A stretch of DNA of 42,602 nucleotides from Treponema sp. (lineage in GTDB: Bacteria > Spirochaetota > Spirochaetia > Treponematales > Breznakiellaceae). A program made the translations under genes and the position numbers. The DNA is taken from positions 1-42,602 of the forward strand of contig JAIRUN010000097.1 in assembly GCA_031254365.1 (NCBI GenBank), written 5' to 3'. The notes below the pieces were generated by a model, which worked only from the letters and a program-made list of their open reading frames with translations, ran no database searches and was not told the DNA's origin. Of this stretch, positions 1-9,047 are shown one piece after another; the first letter of the stretch is position 1; the number at the start of each line of letters is the position of its first letter.

Positions 1-806
1 GGAATATTGAACAGGCCCTGCGCGTAATTTGAAAAAGCCTCGGCAAGGCCAACGGCAAAGGCGGCGGCCAAAAGGCCGAGGGGTCTGCGGCCTCCGAGGA
101 AAATGATCACCAAGGCGATCCAGCCTTTGCCCGCCGGCATATTGGGAACAAAGGCCCCCAGATTCATACTGAGGAATGAGCCGCCGATTCCGCAATAAAT
201 ACCGGAAATCAGAAAGGCGGCAAAGCGGTATGTATCGGGTTTCATTCCGAGTGATGCAAGGGCTTCGCTGTGTTTGCCGCAGGCTCGCAAGTGGTAGCCA
301 AAGGGTGTTTTGAAAATCACGAGCCATGCGGCAAGCAGCAGCAGCCAGCCTGCGTACACATACAGGGTATGTCCGGAAAATAGTTCGGCGGCAATTGGAA
401 TATTTTTTACAAGCGGAATATCAATAATCGGCAAATGTCGCATATCGCGTACAACCACAACACCCCGCGTATTAAATAATTGATGTGAAAGAACCACCGT
501 CAGGCCGCCTGCCAGCAGATTTGCCGCAAGTCCGGTGATAAATACATTTGAGCGGAGTTTTAATGTACTGGCGGCAAGAAGCAGCGACAACACCAGCGAA
601 GCGAGAATTGCCGCGGCAAGTCCCGCAGTAAAACTTCCGGTGAAGTATACTGCGACAATAGCGGAAAAAGCTCCGGCAAGGAGCAGACCCTCAAGCGCGA
701 TGTTTAACATTCCGGCGACTTCGGTAAAAAGGCCGCCGGTCGCGGCAAAGAGCAGGGGGGTCATAATGATACAGGCGCTGTGCAGCGCGGGCAAAAAATC
801 TTTCAT
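1..806 (-). CDS. ABC transporter permease (CUT2 nucleoside/sugar family, NupC/YufQ-like), 3' truncated by window edge
   Basis: Not in the ORF track. Read manually from ATG at 806 (ATGA overlap with upstream permease stop): MKDFLPALHSACIIMTPLLFAATGGLFTEVAGMLNIALEG..., with the NIALEG and GKGWIAL motifs typical of this permease. Confidence 0.85.
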   Translation of the reverse strand, partial: MKDFLPALHSACIIMTPLLFAATGGLFTEVAGMLNIALEGLLLAGAFSAIVAVYFTGSFTAGLAAAILASLVLSLLLAASTLKLRSNVFITGLAANLLAGGLTVVLSHQLFNTRGVVVVRDMRHLPIIDIPLVKNIPIAAELFSGHTLYVYAGWLLLLAAWLVIFKTPFGYHLRACGKHSEALASLGMKPDTYRFAAFLISGIYCGIGGSFLSMNLGAFVPNMPAGKGWIALVIIFLGGRRPLGLLAAAFAVGLAEAFSNYAQGLFNI

Positions 807-1834
807 TGCCGTTTCTTCCCTGTAAACATGGCGCGCAGACTTGCGCTGGTTGCCAAAAAGAAAATCACCGCCTGCACAATGGACGCGACTTCAAACGTGA
901 TGTCCGAATTCTGCATGGCGATCCGCGCGCCCGATCCAAGCCACGCAAGGAAAAGACTTGCCGGTATCAGCGCCGGAGGATAAAAGCGGGCGATAAGCGC
1001 CGCCGCGAGACCGTTCCAGCCAAGCCCGGCGGAGAATTCTTTTATCGTTCCGTAATAAGTGCCAAACACGGCAAGGCCGCCCGCAAGACCGTAAAAGGCC
1101 CCGCTCAAAAACATCGCAATCACCGTATTCAATCTGGTGTTAATCCCGCCGTAGCGGGCGAATATTTCGCTGGCCCCGGCCATTCGCAGCTCATAGCCGA
1201 ATTTCGTCCGGCTGAGAAAAATGTGTACCGCCAGGACCGCCGCCAGCGCGATGAAAATAGCGGCGCTCAAATTCGAGGGCGGCAGGATCAGCGGCAGCCT
1301 GAGCGCTGTGGCGATTTTTTTCGTTGATTGCAGACTGGTTTCGGGATCAAGAAAGGGGCCGTTCACAAGGTAATTGACGATCAGTATCAAAGCATTGGAA
1401 AGCAAAAACGTGGTGATGAGTTCGCTGGTATTCCACCGCGCCTTGCATAAGCCGGACAGGGCCGCCGCAAGACCGGCGACAACAGCCCCGGCAAGTATGG
1501 CGATAAACCCGCCGAAAAATCCCAGTTGAGACAGGGACAGCGCGGCGGCAGTGGCGATAAAAGCCCCCGAATAAATCTGGCCCTCTCCGCCCAGATTCAG
1601 GCTGCCCGTTTTCATGGCAATACTGACTCCCAGCCCGCCAAGGATCAGCGGCACGGCGCTGTTCAGCATATTGCCGAAACTGTACACATTACGGAATGGG
1701 CCGAAAAAGAAAAAGAACAGAGTCCGCGCCGGTGTTTTGCTGAGAATACAGGCAAGGGCGATCAGTACCAGCAGGGAAATAAGCAAAATGGCAATAATCC
1801 CGCCTGAGGGAATCTTTCTGTTCATTACGCTCAT
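803..1834 (-). CDS. ABC transporter permease (CUT2 nucleoside/sugar family, NupB/YufP-like)
   Basis: Hydrophobic protein with LNLGGEGQIY, GYELRMAG and GLGWNGLAAAL motifs. Start placed at ATG 1834 (ATGA overlap with ATPase stop) rather than the track start 1870. Confidence 0.87.
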   Translation of the reverse strand: MSVMNRKIPSGGIIAILLISLLVLIALACILSKTPARTLFFFFFGPFRNVYSFGNMLNSAVPLILGGLGVSIAMKTGSLNLGGEGQIYSGAFIATAAALSLSQLGFFGGFIAILAGAVVAGLAAALSGLCKARWNTSELITTFLLSNALILIVNYLVNGPFLDPETSLQSTKKIATALRLPLILPPSNLSAAIFIALAAVLAVHIFLSRTKFGYELRMAGASEIFARYGGINTRLNTVIAMFLSGAFYGLAGGLAVFGTYYGTIKEFSAGLGWNGLAAALIARFYPPALIPASLFLAWLGSGARIAMQNSDITFEVASIVQAVIFFLATSASLRAMFTGKKRQ

Positions 1835-3405
1835 TGTGCTGTCCCTCCGGGTGAAAGCCCCTGCATACAAGCGCCGATTTTTTCTTTTATGGAAGCTGAA
1901 TCCGCTCCCGTCGCTTCCGTATTGCTGAATTCTCCGGCGGCCTTTCCACGGTACATCACAATTATCCGATCAGCCAGACTGAGTATCTCGTCAAGATTAG
2001 TGGAGATTAGAATAATCGCCGCTCCCTTTTCGCGTAATGCGGCGATTTCCCCCCACACAAAATTGCTGGCGGCAATGTCCAGCCCCCAGCTTGGTTCGGA
2101 AAAAACAATGTAGTCCCTGAACTTATCGATTTCACGCGCCAGAATCAGCTTCTGTAAATTGCCGCCGGAAAGAGAAGCGGCCTGTTTCGCTTCAGCGGCC
2201 CCCGCGACATTATGGCGCTTGATGAGATCAGCGGCAAAAGTCTGTATCGCCCCGCGATCAAGAAAACCCATGCGGGTCAATTCATGGCGGCGGTCAATGA
2301 TGATGTTTTCATCGACAGTGGCTTCCGGGGCGCTTCCCACCCGCAGCCGGTCAGCGGGCACATAGGCAAGCCCCTGATTGCGCAAGCGGCGTATGTTCAG
2401 GCGGGAAATATCCCTGCCCCGGTGCAGAATCGCGCCCGCCGCCGGATGAAGAAAGCCCCCCAGCGCCGCTTCCAGCACACCCAGTCCGTTTCCCCCAACC
2501 CCCGCAAACCCAAGTATTTCTCCTGAACGCACCGTAAAAGAAAGCCGGTCAAGCAAGGGACGCTTCTGTCCGCGCCGCCTTATGGTAACATTATCAAAAA
2601 CAATAACCGGCTCTGATTCTTTTTCACTGTTTTTCTTTATTAAGCCATTTGAGCTTATTATTAACTCTGATGTTGCGCCTATCATCATCCGGGAAATTTC
2701 ATGCTCGTCGATTTCAGCGGTATCACGAATGCCAACCAGTTCGCCCTGCCGGAGTACGGCAACCCGATCCGAAATGAGTTTTATTTCCCGCAGTTTGTGG
2801 GTGATCAGGATCAGGGATTTTCCCGCCTGAGCCAGCGTTTTGAGTGTTTTGAACAGCGCAGCGGTCTCATGTTCGGTCAGCGCAGAGCTTGGTTCATCAA
2901 GGATGATAATGTCCGCGTTCCGGTGGAGCAGGCGGCATATCTCCACCTGCTGCATTTCGCCGATACTCAGCGTATGCACCGGAATGGCAGGATCAACTGA
3001 AAAATGATGAGCTTCGATCACCTGTGTTGCCGCCGCTTGCGCCTGCGCCCGGTCAAAAAAGATTCCCCACTTGCGCGGCTCGATCCCCATCACAATATTT
3101 TCAGCGACAGTATATTCGGGAAAGAGCATAAAGTGCTGATGAACCATGCCAAGTCCCAGCCGCCGGGCAGTAATGGGGGAATCAATAGTAACTGCTTTAC
3201 CGTTAATATAAATCTCGCCGGTATCAGGCGTTTCAAGGCCGCAGAGTATCTTCATCAGGGTAGTTTTGCCCGCGCCGTTTTCACCGGCAATGCAGAGTAT
3301 TTCCCCTTTGCGCAGACCGAGACTTATATTGTGATTGGCCCTTGTTCCACTGCCGGAATATGTCTTGCTGATGCCGCGCAGTTCAGCGGCATAACCACCA
3401 CTCAT
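1831..3405 (-). CDS. ABC transporter ATP-binding protein, tandem NBD (NupA/YufO/MglA-like)
   Basis: Walker A GENGAGKTT, VHQHF, ILDEP, ITHKL; second domain LSGGNLQK. ATG at 3405 preferred over TTG 3420. Confidence 0.92.
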   Translation of the reverse strand: MSGGYAAELRGISKTYSGSGTRANHNISLGLRKGEILCIAGENGAGKTTLMKILCGLETPDTGEIYINGKAVTIDSPITARRLGLGMVHQHFMLFPEYTVAENIVMGIEPRKWGIFFDRAQAQAAATQVIEAHHFSVDPAIPVHTLSIGEMQQVEICRLLHRNADIIILDEPSSALTEHETAALFKTLKTLAQAGKSLILITHKLREIKLISDRVAVLRQGELVGIRDTAEIDEHEISRMMIGATSELIISSNGLIKKNSEKESEPVIVFDNVTIRRRGQKRPLLDRLSFTVRSGEILGFAGVGGNGLGVLEAALGGFLHPAAGAILHRGRDISRLNIRRLRNQGLAYVPADRLRVGSAPEATVDENIIIDRRHELTRMGFLDRGAIQTFAADLIKRHNVAGAAEAKQAASLSGGNLQKLILAREIDKFRDYIVFSEPSWGLDIAASNFVWGEIAALREKGAAIILISTNLDEILSLADRIIVMYRGKAAGEFSNTEATGADSASIKEKIGACMQGLSPGGTAQ

Positions 3406-3434
3406 ATTTACAGTATACAATCATTTCACACATT

Positions 3435-4460
3435 TCACAGCGGAGGCGCTGTATACTCAACGCGGCCCAGCCGGATATCGTTCATAAAGGCATTGAATTC
3501 CTGCTGAATGTCATCGGGAAGATAATCACGGTAGCCCGGATCATCGGCGATAAAATCAAGATAGCCTTCTTTCGCACCCACGAGCTTTGATGCGCCGTAT
3601 TGGAGCTTTCCGGCAAGGGCATCCGCAAGGATCTCCTTTGCCAGTTTTTTTTGCTGCATAAGGCCGCAGCCTATAATAAATCCCGGCGCTGCCTGATATT
3701 CATTAATATTGTAGAACACCGCATAAGCACCGCCGTCTTTTATTGCACGTATCATTCCCTGAGCAGCGCCGCCCGCGATTGAGGCGAACACATCAACCCC
3801 AGCGGTGATCATGCTGGACGTAAGTTCGGCGGCCTTGTTTGCGTCAATCCAGTTGCCAATGACACGGAAATCCAGTTCAATCCGGGGATCAACGCGCCGC
3901 GCCCCTTCCAGAAAACCGGGAACAATGTGCCGTGAAAGCAGGGGATATTCCTGCGCGGCAATAAACCCGATGCGCCTTGAATTATTGGCATGGGGCATGG
4001 CGCTTGTTGTTACCAAACCCGCAAGATAGCCCAGATACAGCGATTGTTCATATTGATTGTAGAGCCATGTGCTTATCTGGGGATTCCCCTCGCAGCTCGC
4101 ATCGGTGATAGCAAATTTCTGGCCGGGAAATTTCGTTCCCACATTGGCGCAGATTTCCGGCAGCGAAGGATTGGAACCCAGCACCAGATCGTATTCGCCG
4201 CCTGCCACAAGCGATGTAAGCTGCTCCTCCCATTCGGCCTGATTGAAACCGGCTTCGTATACCGTAACTTTTACATTGGAATGTTCCGCGGCGAATTCCT
4301 GCGCGCCTGCCGCAAGCAGTTCATAGGTAGGACTCCCGGCCGTTACTCCGGTAATATACACCAGCACTGAAAGAGCGCCCTCTCCTGATTTTGAATCTTT
4401 AGCCCTGCATCCCGATAGCAGAACGCAGAACAGTAAAATTATTATTACATATTTTTTCAT
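3435..4460 (-). CDS. BMP family ABC substrate-binding lipoprotein (PnrA/TmpC-like, probable nucleoside receptor)
   Basis: AGGAG SD before MKKYVIII, lipobox LLSGC, BMP motifs (EQSLYLGYLAG, IGFIAA, GFLEGAR, GNWID), adjacent to the CUT2 ABC genes. Confidence 0.88.
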   Translation of the reverse strand: MKKYVIIILLFCVLLSGCRAKDSKSGEGALSVLVYITGVTAGSPTYELLAAGAQEFAAEHSNVKVTVYEAGFNQAEWEEQLTSLVAGGEYDLVLGSNPSLPEICANVGTKFPGQKFAITDASCEGNPQISTWLYNQYEQSLYLGYLAGLVTTSAMPHANNSRRIGFIAAQEYPLLSRHIVPGFLEGARRVDPRIELDFRVIGNWIDANKAAELTSSMITAGVDVFASIAGGAAQGMIRAIKDGGAYAVFYNINEYQAAPGFIIGCGLMQQKKLAKEILADALAGKLQYGASKLVGAKEGYLDFIADDPGYRDYLPDDIQQEFNAFMNDIRLGRVEYTAPPL

Positions 4461-4514
4461 GCTTTCTCCTGAAGGCAAGTATACTAAAATGGCAGGTTAT
4501 TGGATATATTTGGC

Positions 4515-5000
4515 TTAAACCAGAAAGCTCTCCGCTAAGGCCATTATCGCTTCCTTGGACAAATCCCGAAACATAAAAGCATATGTCAAATAATCTACTG
4601 TGCCGCCTTTAATATTTGCCTTTCTGTTTTTTTTCGCCGCAACATACCGAACCATATTGAGAAAAATACACGCAGCGATCTTCACATTAAGAGTTATGTT
4701 TGGAAAATGTTCGTGTTCAAATGGCATTAATTTTAATATCCAGAAACACAGCAGACTGCCTTCATTCAACTCTCCCATATCTATCCCTTTATGATAGATA
4801 TGAAAATAAAGCCGCCGCATCTCTATTCTATTAAAAATTTCATATAAAACTTCTTCACGGCAAAAAATATCAGACGGATTATCTATCCCCAGCGCTCCGG
4901 CGATATTTTTCATATACGACTGCAGTTTATACAGTAAAATTGCCATTGTTTCTTCATCAACCGGTTCATATTGAGGAATTGTGCCGAAATTTTTTAACAT
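4515..5000 (-). CDS. Hypothetical protein, degenerate Doc/Fic-like fold suspected
   Basis: 161-aa ORF in an AT-rich segment. The C-terminal half (LLCFWILKLMPF..LNVKIAACIFL..DLSKEAI) parallels the Doc-family pattern by eye; start overlaps upstream ORF. Confidence 0.6.
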   Translation of the reverse strand: MLKNFGTIPQYEPVDEETMAILLYKLQSYMKNIAGALGIDNPSDIFCREEVLYEIFNRIEMRRLYFHIYHKGIDMGELNEGSLLCFWILKLMPFEHEHFPNITLNVKIAACIFLNMVRYVAAKKNRKANIKGGTVDYLTYAFMFRDLSKEAIMALAESFLV

Positions 5001-5248
5001 AAATTCCCCGCACGGCCTAAAGCCTCTACAATTTCTTTACCATTTTCACCTTTTGTAAAATCCGCCTCGTCAGAAAGCAAAGCATCAAAAATTGTTTCAT
5101 CGGGCTTGCGAAACCGCTCGTTTTCAATTGTTGCTCTCACTTCCAAATAGTGCCGATACACCTCTTTTGAAAAAAAACAGGGGGTTTCTATACTGACTCT
5201 GGCCACATGGATCTCCTCATTGGTTAATATTATACTCATTCTTGACAT
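4994..5248 (-). CDS. Small acidic hypothetical protein (possible partner/antitoxin)
   Basis: 84-aa ORF. ATG directly follows the MFS stop (TGA TAA ATG), and its stop overlaps the next gene's start by 7 nt. Confidence 0.55.
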   Translation of the reverse strand: MSRMSIILTNEEIHVARVSIETPCFFSKEVYRHYLEVRATIENERFRKPDETIFDALLSDEADFTKGENGKEIVEALGRAGNLC

Positions 5249-5251
5249 TTA

Positions 5252-6523
5252 TCAAGATGTTTTTGATTGTTCCTCGTTCCTGTTAATTGTCGCCGCGAAA
5301 AGACTGTTGAGGATTCCCAGAAAGGCGGAGATGGAAAACAGCACTTCAATGCCTGTAACTTTCCAAATCCATCCGCCCATGAGGGCAATAAAGATGCTGA
5401 TAACATGATTCACTGAAATACCGGTAGACAAAGTGGCGGTGATCTCCTCCTGACTCGAAGCGATGCGCTGGACATACACGTTACTCGCCATGCTTGCCAG
5501 GGAAATAATGGAATCCAGCACATAGTTGCAGCAGACCACAATAAAGGCAATATGCATGGGGAAAAGATGGTGGGCAAAACCATAGAGGAGACAGACCAGA
5601 ATGAGGACAAGAGTGTCGCCTACCATGACCACTTTATATCCCAGCCGGTCAATGATTCTGCCAATCAGCGGGCCGCAGAGTATGCCAAAGCCCGCGTTTA
5701 TTGCCAGCAGCAGGGCAATAACGGAAGTGTCCGCCCCGTAATTGATGATAAGCACATAGGGCGCAAAGGTAAGGAATATCTGTTTTCGTGCGCCGTAAAA
5801 AACTTCCAGCATATAAAACTTGAAAAATTTTTTCGCAAAATAAAAACGCCTGCGCTGTGATTTAAGGGTAGTTTCCTTTAGGGCCAGAACGGTCAGTGTT
5901 GACGCAATCATCAGGGCCACGGACATACCAAAAACGATCCGGTAGCCCGTGATGTCAGTCCGCTCAAAACCCATCCTGCCAAGCACAAAAAAAATTCCCG
6001 TTACAAGAATGAATCCCGCAATATGGCCCAGTTGGGTGATGGAACTCGAAATCCCCAGAGAGGCCCCGGCCTTTTCCCGCTGCGCCAAATCCAGAGAAAT
6101 GGTGGCCCGCACCGGCATGATGATGTGTTCCCCGGTACTGAAAAGCACCATAAAAAGCACGACAAAAAATTTGGTCATAAAAAATGGGCCGCTTGATGTA
6201 AGGAAAAGCCCCGCAACGCCTCCGGTCATAAGGGCAATGCCGATCTTGAAAACCCTGCTTTCGGTAAACCGGTACATTAGGGCCAGAATCAAAATCAGAA
6301 AAAGCCCCGGCATCTCCCGAAAAAATTCTACTATCCCCCGTTCAAAGGGAGTGACATGGAGAATTTCCGCGAGATAATTGTCCTGAATGCCTCTGTACAA
6401 TCCGAAAGCTACTCCCGAAAGTATCAGGACGCTTAAAAAACGGCCCACCCTGGCATCGGGCCGGTAGACATCGGCGAACAGCAGGCGGCGAACCGCCGCT
6501 TTCGTATCAGATGATGTAGACAT
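5252..6523 (-). CDS. MFS transporter
   Basis: 423 aa, about 12 hydrophobic segments, MFS motif-A-like GRIIDRLGYK in the C-terminal half. Confidence 0.88.
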   Translation of the reverse strand: MSTSSDTKAAVRRLLFADVYRPDARVGRFLSVLILSGVAFGLYRGIQDNYLAEILHVTPFERGIVEFFREMPGLFLILILALMYRFTESRVFKIGIALMTGGVAGLFLTSSGPFFMTKFFVVLFMVLFSTGEHIIMPVRATISLDLAQREKAGASLGISSSITQLGHIAGFILVTGIFFVLGRMGFERTDITGYRIVFGMSVALMIASTLTVLALKETTLKSQRRRFYFAKKFFKFYMLEVFYGARKQIFLTFAPYVLIINYGADTSVIALLLAINAGFGILCGPLIGRIIDRLGYKVVMVGDTLVLILVCLLYGFAHHLFPMHIAFIVVCCNYVLDSIISLASMASNVYVQRIASSQEEITATLSTGISVNHVISIFIALMGGWIWKVTGIEVLFSISAFLGILNSLFAATINRNEEQSKTS

Positions 6524-6574
6524 ATATTGAATGGTTATAGTCCAGCCCTTTCCTTTTCAGGCAACCGGAAACTA

Positions 6575-7309
6575 TTACCCTCCTCCCATTAACGATGATG
6601 CGTCCATAAATTGCTCCCATGACAATGTTGCCGGTTCAGTGGTGAAATTATATCGTAACGGCAATGGTCCGCTGCCTCTGTATATGTAGCTCGTCCCTGT
6701 CCTATCTGTATTTTCCGCCAACACAAGATAGTATGCGCCGGGAGTCACTCCGATAAAGGTAAATGTTCCGCCACTATTCATGCTGACTCCAACAGGAACA
6801 GGAGCTATCAAGTTGGTCAACAGAGCGGCCGCCTCAATGGGTGTACCTTCGGGAATACCGGTTACTGTCAGCGTCAATGTGGAAGAAGGTTCACCTTCTT
6901 GCGCATAAAATTGTCTCCAGGGAATGGCAGCCTCTGCGGAAGTAAACTCGTATATTGCCGGTATCTGCCCGCTGCCAATGTACACATAATTCGTCCCTGA
7001 CCCGGTCAAGGATGTAACCAGGGCAATATAATAACTGCCCAGGCTGGTAAACGGATCGCCAATATTCATCGGAGGCGAAAAATGATTAAAAGTGAAGACG
7101 CCACTTGTATTGGCCATAGCAACCGCAACGGCATTCTCCATAGACAAACCATCTTTGAGCAGAGTGGCCCCAAGTATACCTGCTGAGGAATCAAAGCTGC
7201 TTACGGTCAGCTTCAGGGGAACGGGATTTTCTTTCTCAGGTTCCGGAGGACAAGCTAAAAAAGCAAGCGTGGCGAACACAGCTATTCCCCATAAAAATAC
7301 CTTTTTCAT
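6575..7309 (-). CDS. Lipoprotein with two tandem homologous beta-rich domains
   Basis: AGGAGG SD, signal peptide ending FLAC-P, internal duplication at aa ~32-134 and ~145-234. Confidence 0.75.
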   Translation of the reverse strand: MKKVFLWGIAVFATLAFLACPPEPEKENPVPLKLTVSSFDSSAGILGATLLKDGLSMENAVAVAMANTSGVFTFNHFSPPMNIGDPFTSLGSYYIALVTSLTGSGTNYVYIGSGQIPAIYEFTSAEAAIPWRQFYAQEGEPSSTLTLTVTGIPEGTPIEAAALLTNLIAPVPVGVSMNSGGTFTFIGVTPGAYYLVLAENTDRTGTSYIYRGSGPLPLRYNFTTEPATLSWEQFMDASSLMGGG

Positions 7310-7315
7310 AATGAA

Positions 7316-7344
7316 CCTCCTGTAAGCCGGTTTTTTCCCATACG
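7316..7344 (-). promoter_or_regulatory. 5' leader motif CGTATGGG-N13-ACAGGAGG (copy 1), on a hairpin before the SD
   Basis: Minus strand reads GTTTTTTC-GTATGG-GAAAAAAC-CGGCTT-ACAGGAGG. The same motif and spacing occur at 10850-10878. Confidence 0.5.
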
Positions 7345-7360
7345 AAAAAACTCACTTGCC

Positions 7361-7412
7361 AGTATATCTGTCTATGCGCTCGCTTGCCAATCAGCCGGTA
7401 AAGCGATATTAT
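7361..7412. promoter_or_regulatory. Overlapping divergent sigma70-type promoters (cdaA operon and lipoprotein)
   Basis: Plus: TTGCCA(7384)-N17-TATTAT(7407), 6 nt before ATG 7419. Minus: TTGGCA(7390-7385)-N18-TATACT(7366-7361). Confidence 0.6.
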
Positions 7413-7418
7413 GACATT

Positions 7419-8261
7419 ATGGCATGGATGCAGTATTTTATCACCATATATGACTATATCCGCCCGATTCTTGATGTGGCGCTGCTTGCCTTTCTGCTGT
7501 ATAAGGGATATGAACTGCTCGTCAAAACCCAGGCCCTGCAACTGGTTAAGGGTGCGGGTTTTCTGGCCCTGGTGTATGGTATCGCCTTTCTCTTCAAACT
7601 GACCACCCTGCAATGGGTGTTGAATAGTTTGGGGCCGGGGCTGTTTATCGCCATTGCCATTGTTTTTCAGCCGGAACTCCGCAAGATTATACTCCGGCTG
7701 GGGCAGGGGGAATTTTTCCGGCCCGATACCAAGCCCCGGATCGGCCAGCTTGAAGCGGTGATAACGGCGGCTGAACTGCTTTCCCAGCAAAGACGGGGAA
7801 TGCTTGTGGTGTTCCCCCAAAAAATCAATATCAAAAATATTATCGAAAGCGGAACCAGAATCAACGCCGACCTTTCCTCAAGCCTCCTTGTGGCTATGTT
7901 TCAATTTGACGGTCCCCTGCATGACGGGGCCGCGATAATTCAGTACGGAAAGATCATCGCTGCCGGATGTTTCCTGCCCCTGTCTGAACAGCAGGACATA
8001 CGCAAAAGTTTTGGTACACGCCACCGGGCGGGCCTGGGTATGTCTGAACAGTCCGATGCAGTGGTACTGGTGGTTTCCGAGGAAACCGGAGCGATCTCTC
8101 TGGCCTATGACTCCAGACTGTACTACGATCTTTCCCTTACGGAAATTACCATCAAGCTCCAGGAACTCCTTGACCGGGGAGGCCGGAGGATAGCGGAATC
8201 AAGTGCTTTCTCTCTGGGGGCTTCCGGTCTGGATGACAAGGGAGTTTTTGTTGAACATTAG
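7419..8261 (+). CDS. cdaA: Diadenylate cyclase CdaA/DacA (c-di-AMP synthase)
   Basis: Three N-terminal TM helices, FQPELR, catalytic LHDGA and GTRHRA motifs, VVSEETG. Start at ATG 7419. Confidence 0.95.
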   Translation: MAWMQYFITIYDYIRPILDVALLAFLLYKGYELLVKTQALQLVKGAGFLALVYGIAFLFKLTTLQWVLNSLGPGLFIAIAIVFQPELRKIILRLGQGEFFRPDTKPRIGQLEAVITAAELLSQQRRGMLVVFPQKINIKNIIESGTRINADLSSSLLVAMFQFDGPLHDGAAIIQYGKIIAAGCFLPLSEQQDIRKSFGTRHRAGLGMSEQSDAVVLVVSEETGAISLAYDSRLYYDLSLTEITIKLQELLDRGGRRIAESSAFSLGASGLDDKGVFVEH

Positions 8262-8667
8262 GAAACTGCTCACCCGTGCGGTGGAGAATTGGCCGGCAAA
8301 GGTGCTTTCCATTGCCCTTGCTTTTATCATATTTATCTTTCACCGTATGAATACGCTGGAGACGCGGTTCTTTTCCATTCCTCTTTCGGTGGAGACCAGT
8401 TCCACACTTATTCCCGCGGGTGACTATCCCCAGATCATCCGGGTGAGTCTGCGGGGGGACACCGGCAGTATCTATACGATTTCCGAAGGCGATATTGAAG
8501 TCTATATTGATTTAACCAAATACGAAAACGAAGGTTTATATCGCGCGCCGGTGCAGATTCGAAAAAAGGGAAACGCTCTGGGTGTTGAGCCTCTGGAAAT
8601 CTCCGTTGAACCCATGGAAATTTCTTTGCGGCTTGATCAAAAAAAAGACATGGGGGAACTGCAATGA
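8251..8667 (+). CDS. cdaR: CdaR/YbbR-like regulator, short single-domain form
   Basis: TTG start after GGAG, overlapping the cdaA end. NWPAKVLSIALA TM anchor, then one YbbR-type domain (IRVSLRG..YIDLT..VEPMEI). Confidence 0.75.
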   Translation: MNIRKLLTRAVENWPAKVLSIALAFIIFIFHRMNTLETRFFSIPLSVETSSTLIPAGDYPQIIRVSLRGDTGSIYTISEGDIEVYIDLTKYENEGLYRAPVQIRKKGNALGVEPLEISVEPMEISLRLDQKKDMGELQ

Positions 8668-9047
8668 TAACCGGCATCGGCGTTGATATAGTGTATGTAC
8701 GGCGCATGGAACGCTGGTGCAGGGAACGCAGGCTGCTGGATCGCTATTTTCATCCAATGGAACTGGAAACGGCATTTTCACGGGGCGGCGGCGCAGTGCT
8801 TTCACTGGCGGCCCGTTTCGCCGCAAAGGAAGCCTTTGGCAAGGCCCTTGGAACCGGATTTGCGGGAATGGCGTTAAAGGATATTATGGTGATTAACCGG
8901 CACAATGGCTGCCCGGAAATAAATGCGCAGGGAACCGCGCTGGCTGCTCTGCAAAAAAACGGAGCAAACAGGGTACATCTGTCACTTACCCATGAACGGG
9001 ACAATGCCGTTGCAATGGTTGTACTGGAAAAAACGGGGGAAGTATGA
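8664..9047 (+). CDS. acpS: Holo-[acyl-carrier-protein] synthase
   Basis: GIGVDIV, LAARFAAKEAFGKALGTG and HLSLTHE motifs. Confidence 0.96.
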   Translation: MITGIGVDIVYVRRMERWCRERRLLDRYFHPMELETAFSRGGGAVLSLAARFAAKEAFGKALGTGFAGMALKDIMVINRHNGCPEINAQGTALAALQKNGANRVHLSLTHERDNAVAMVVLEKTGEV

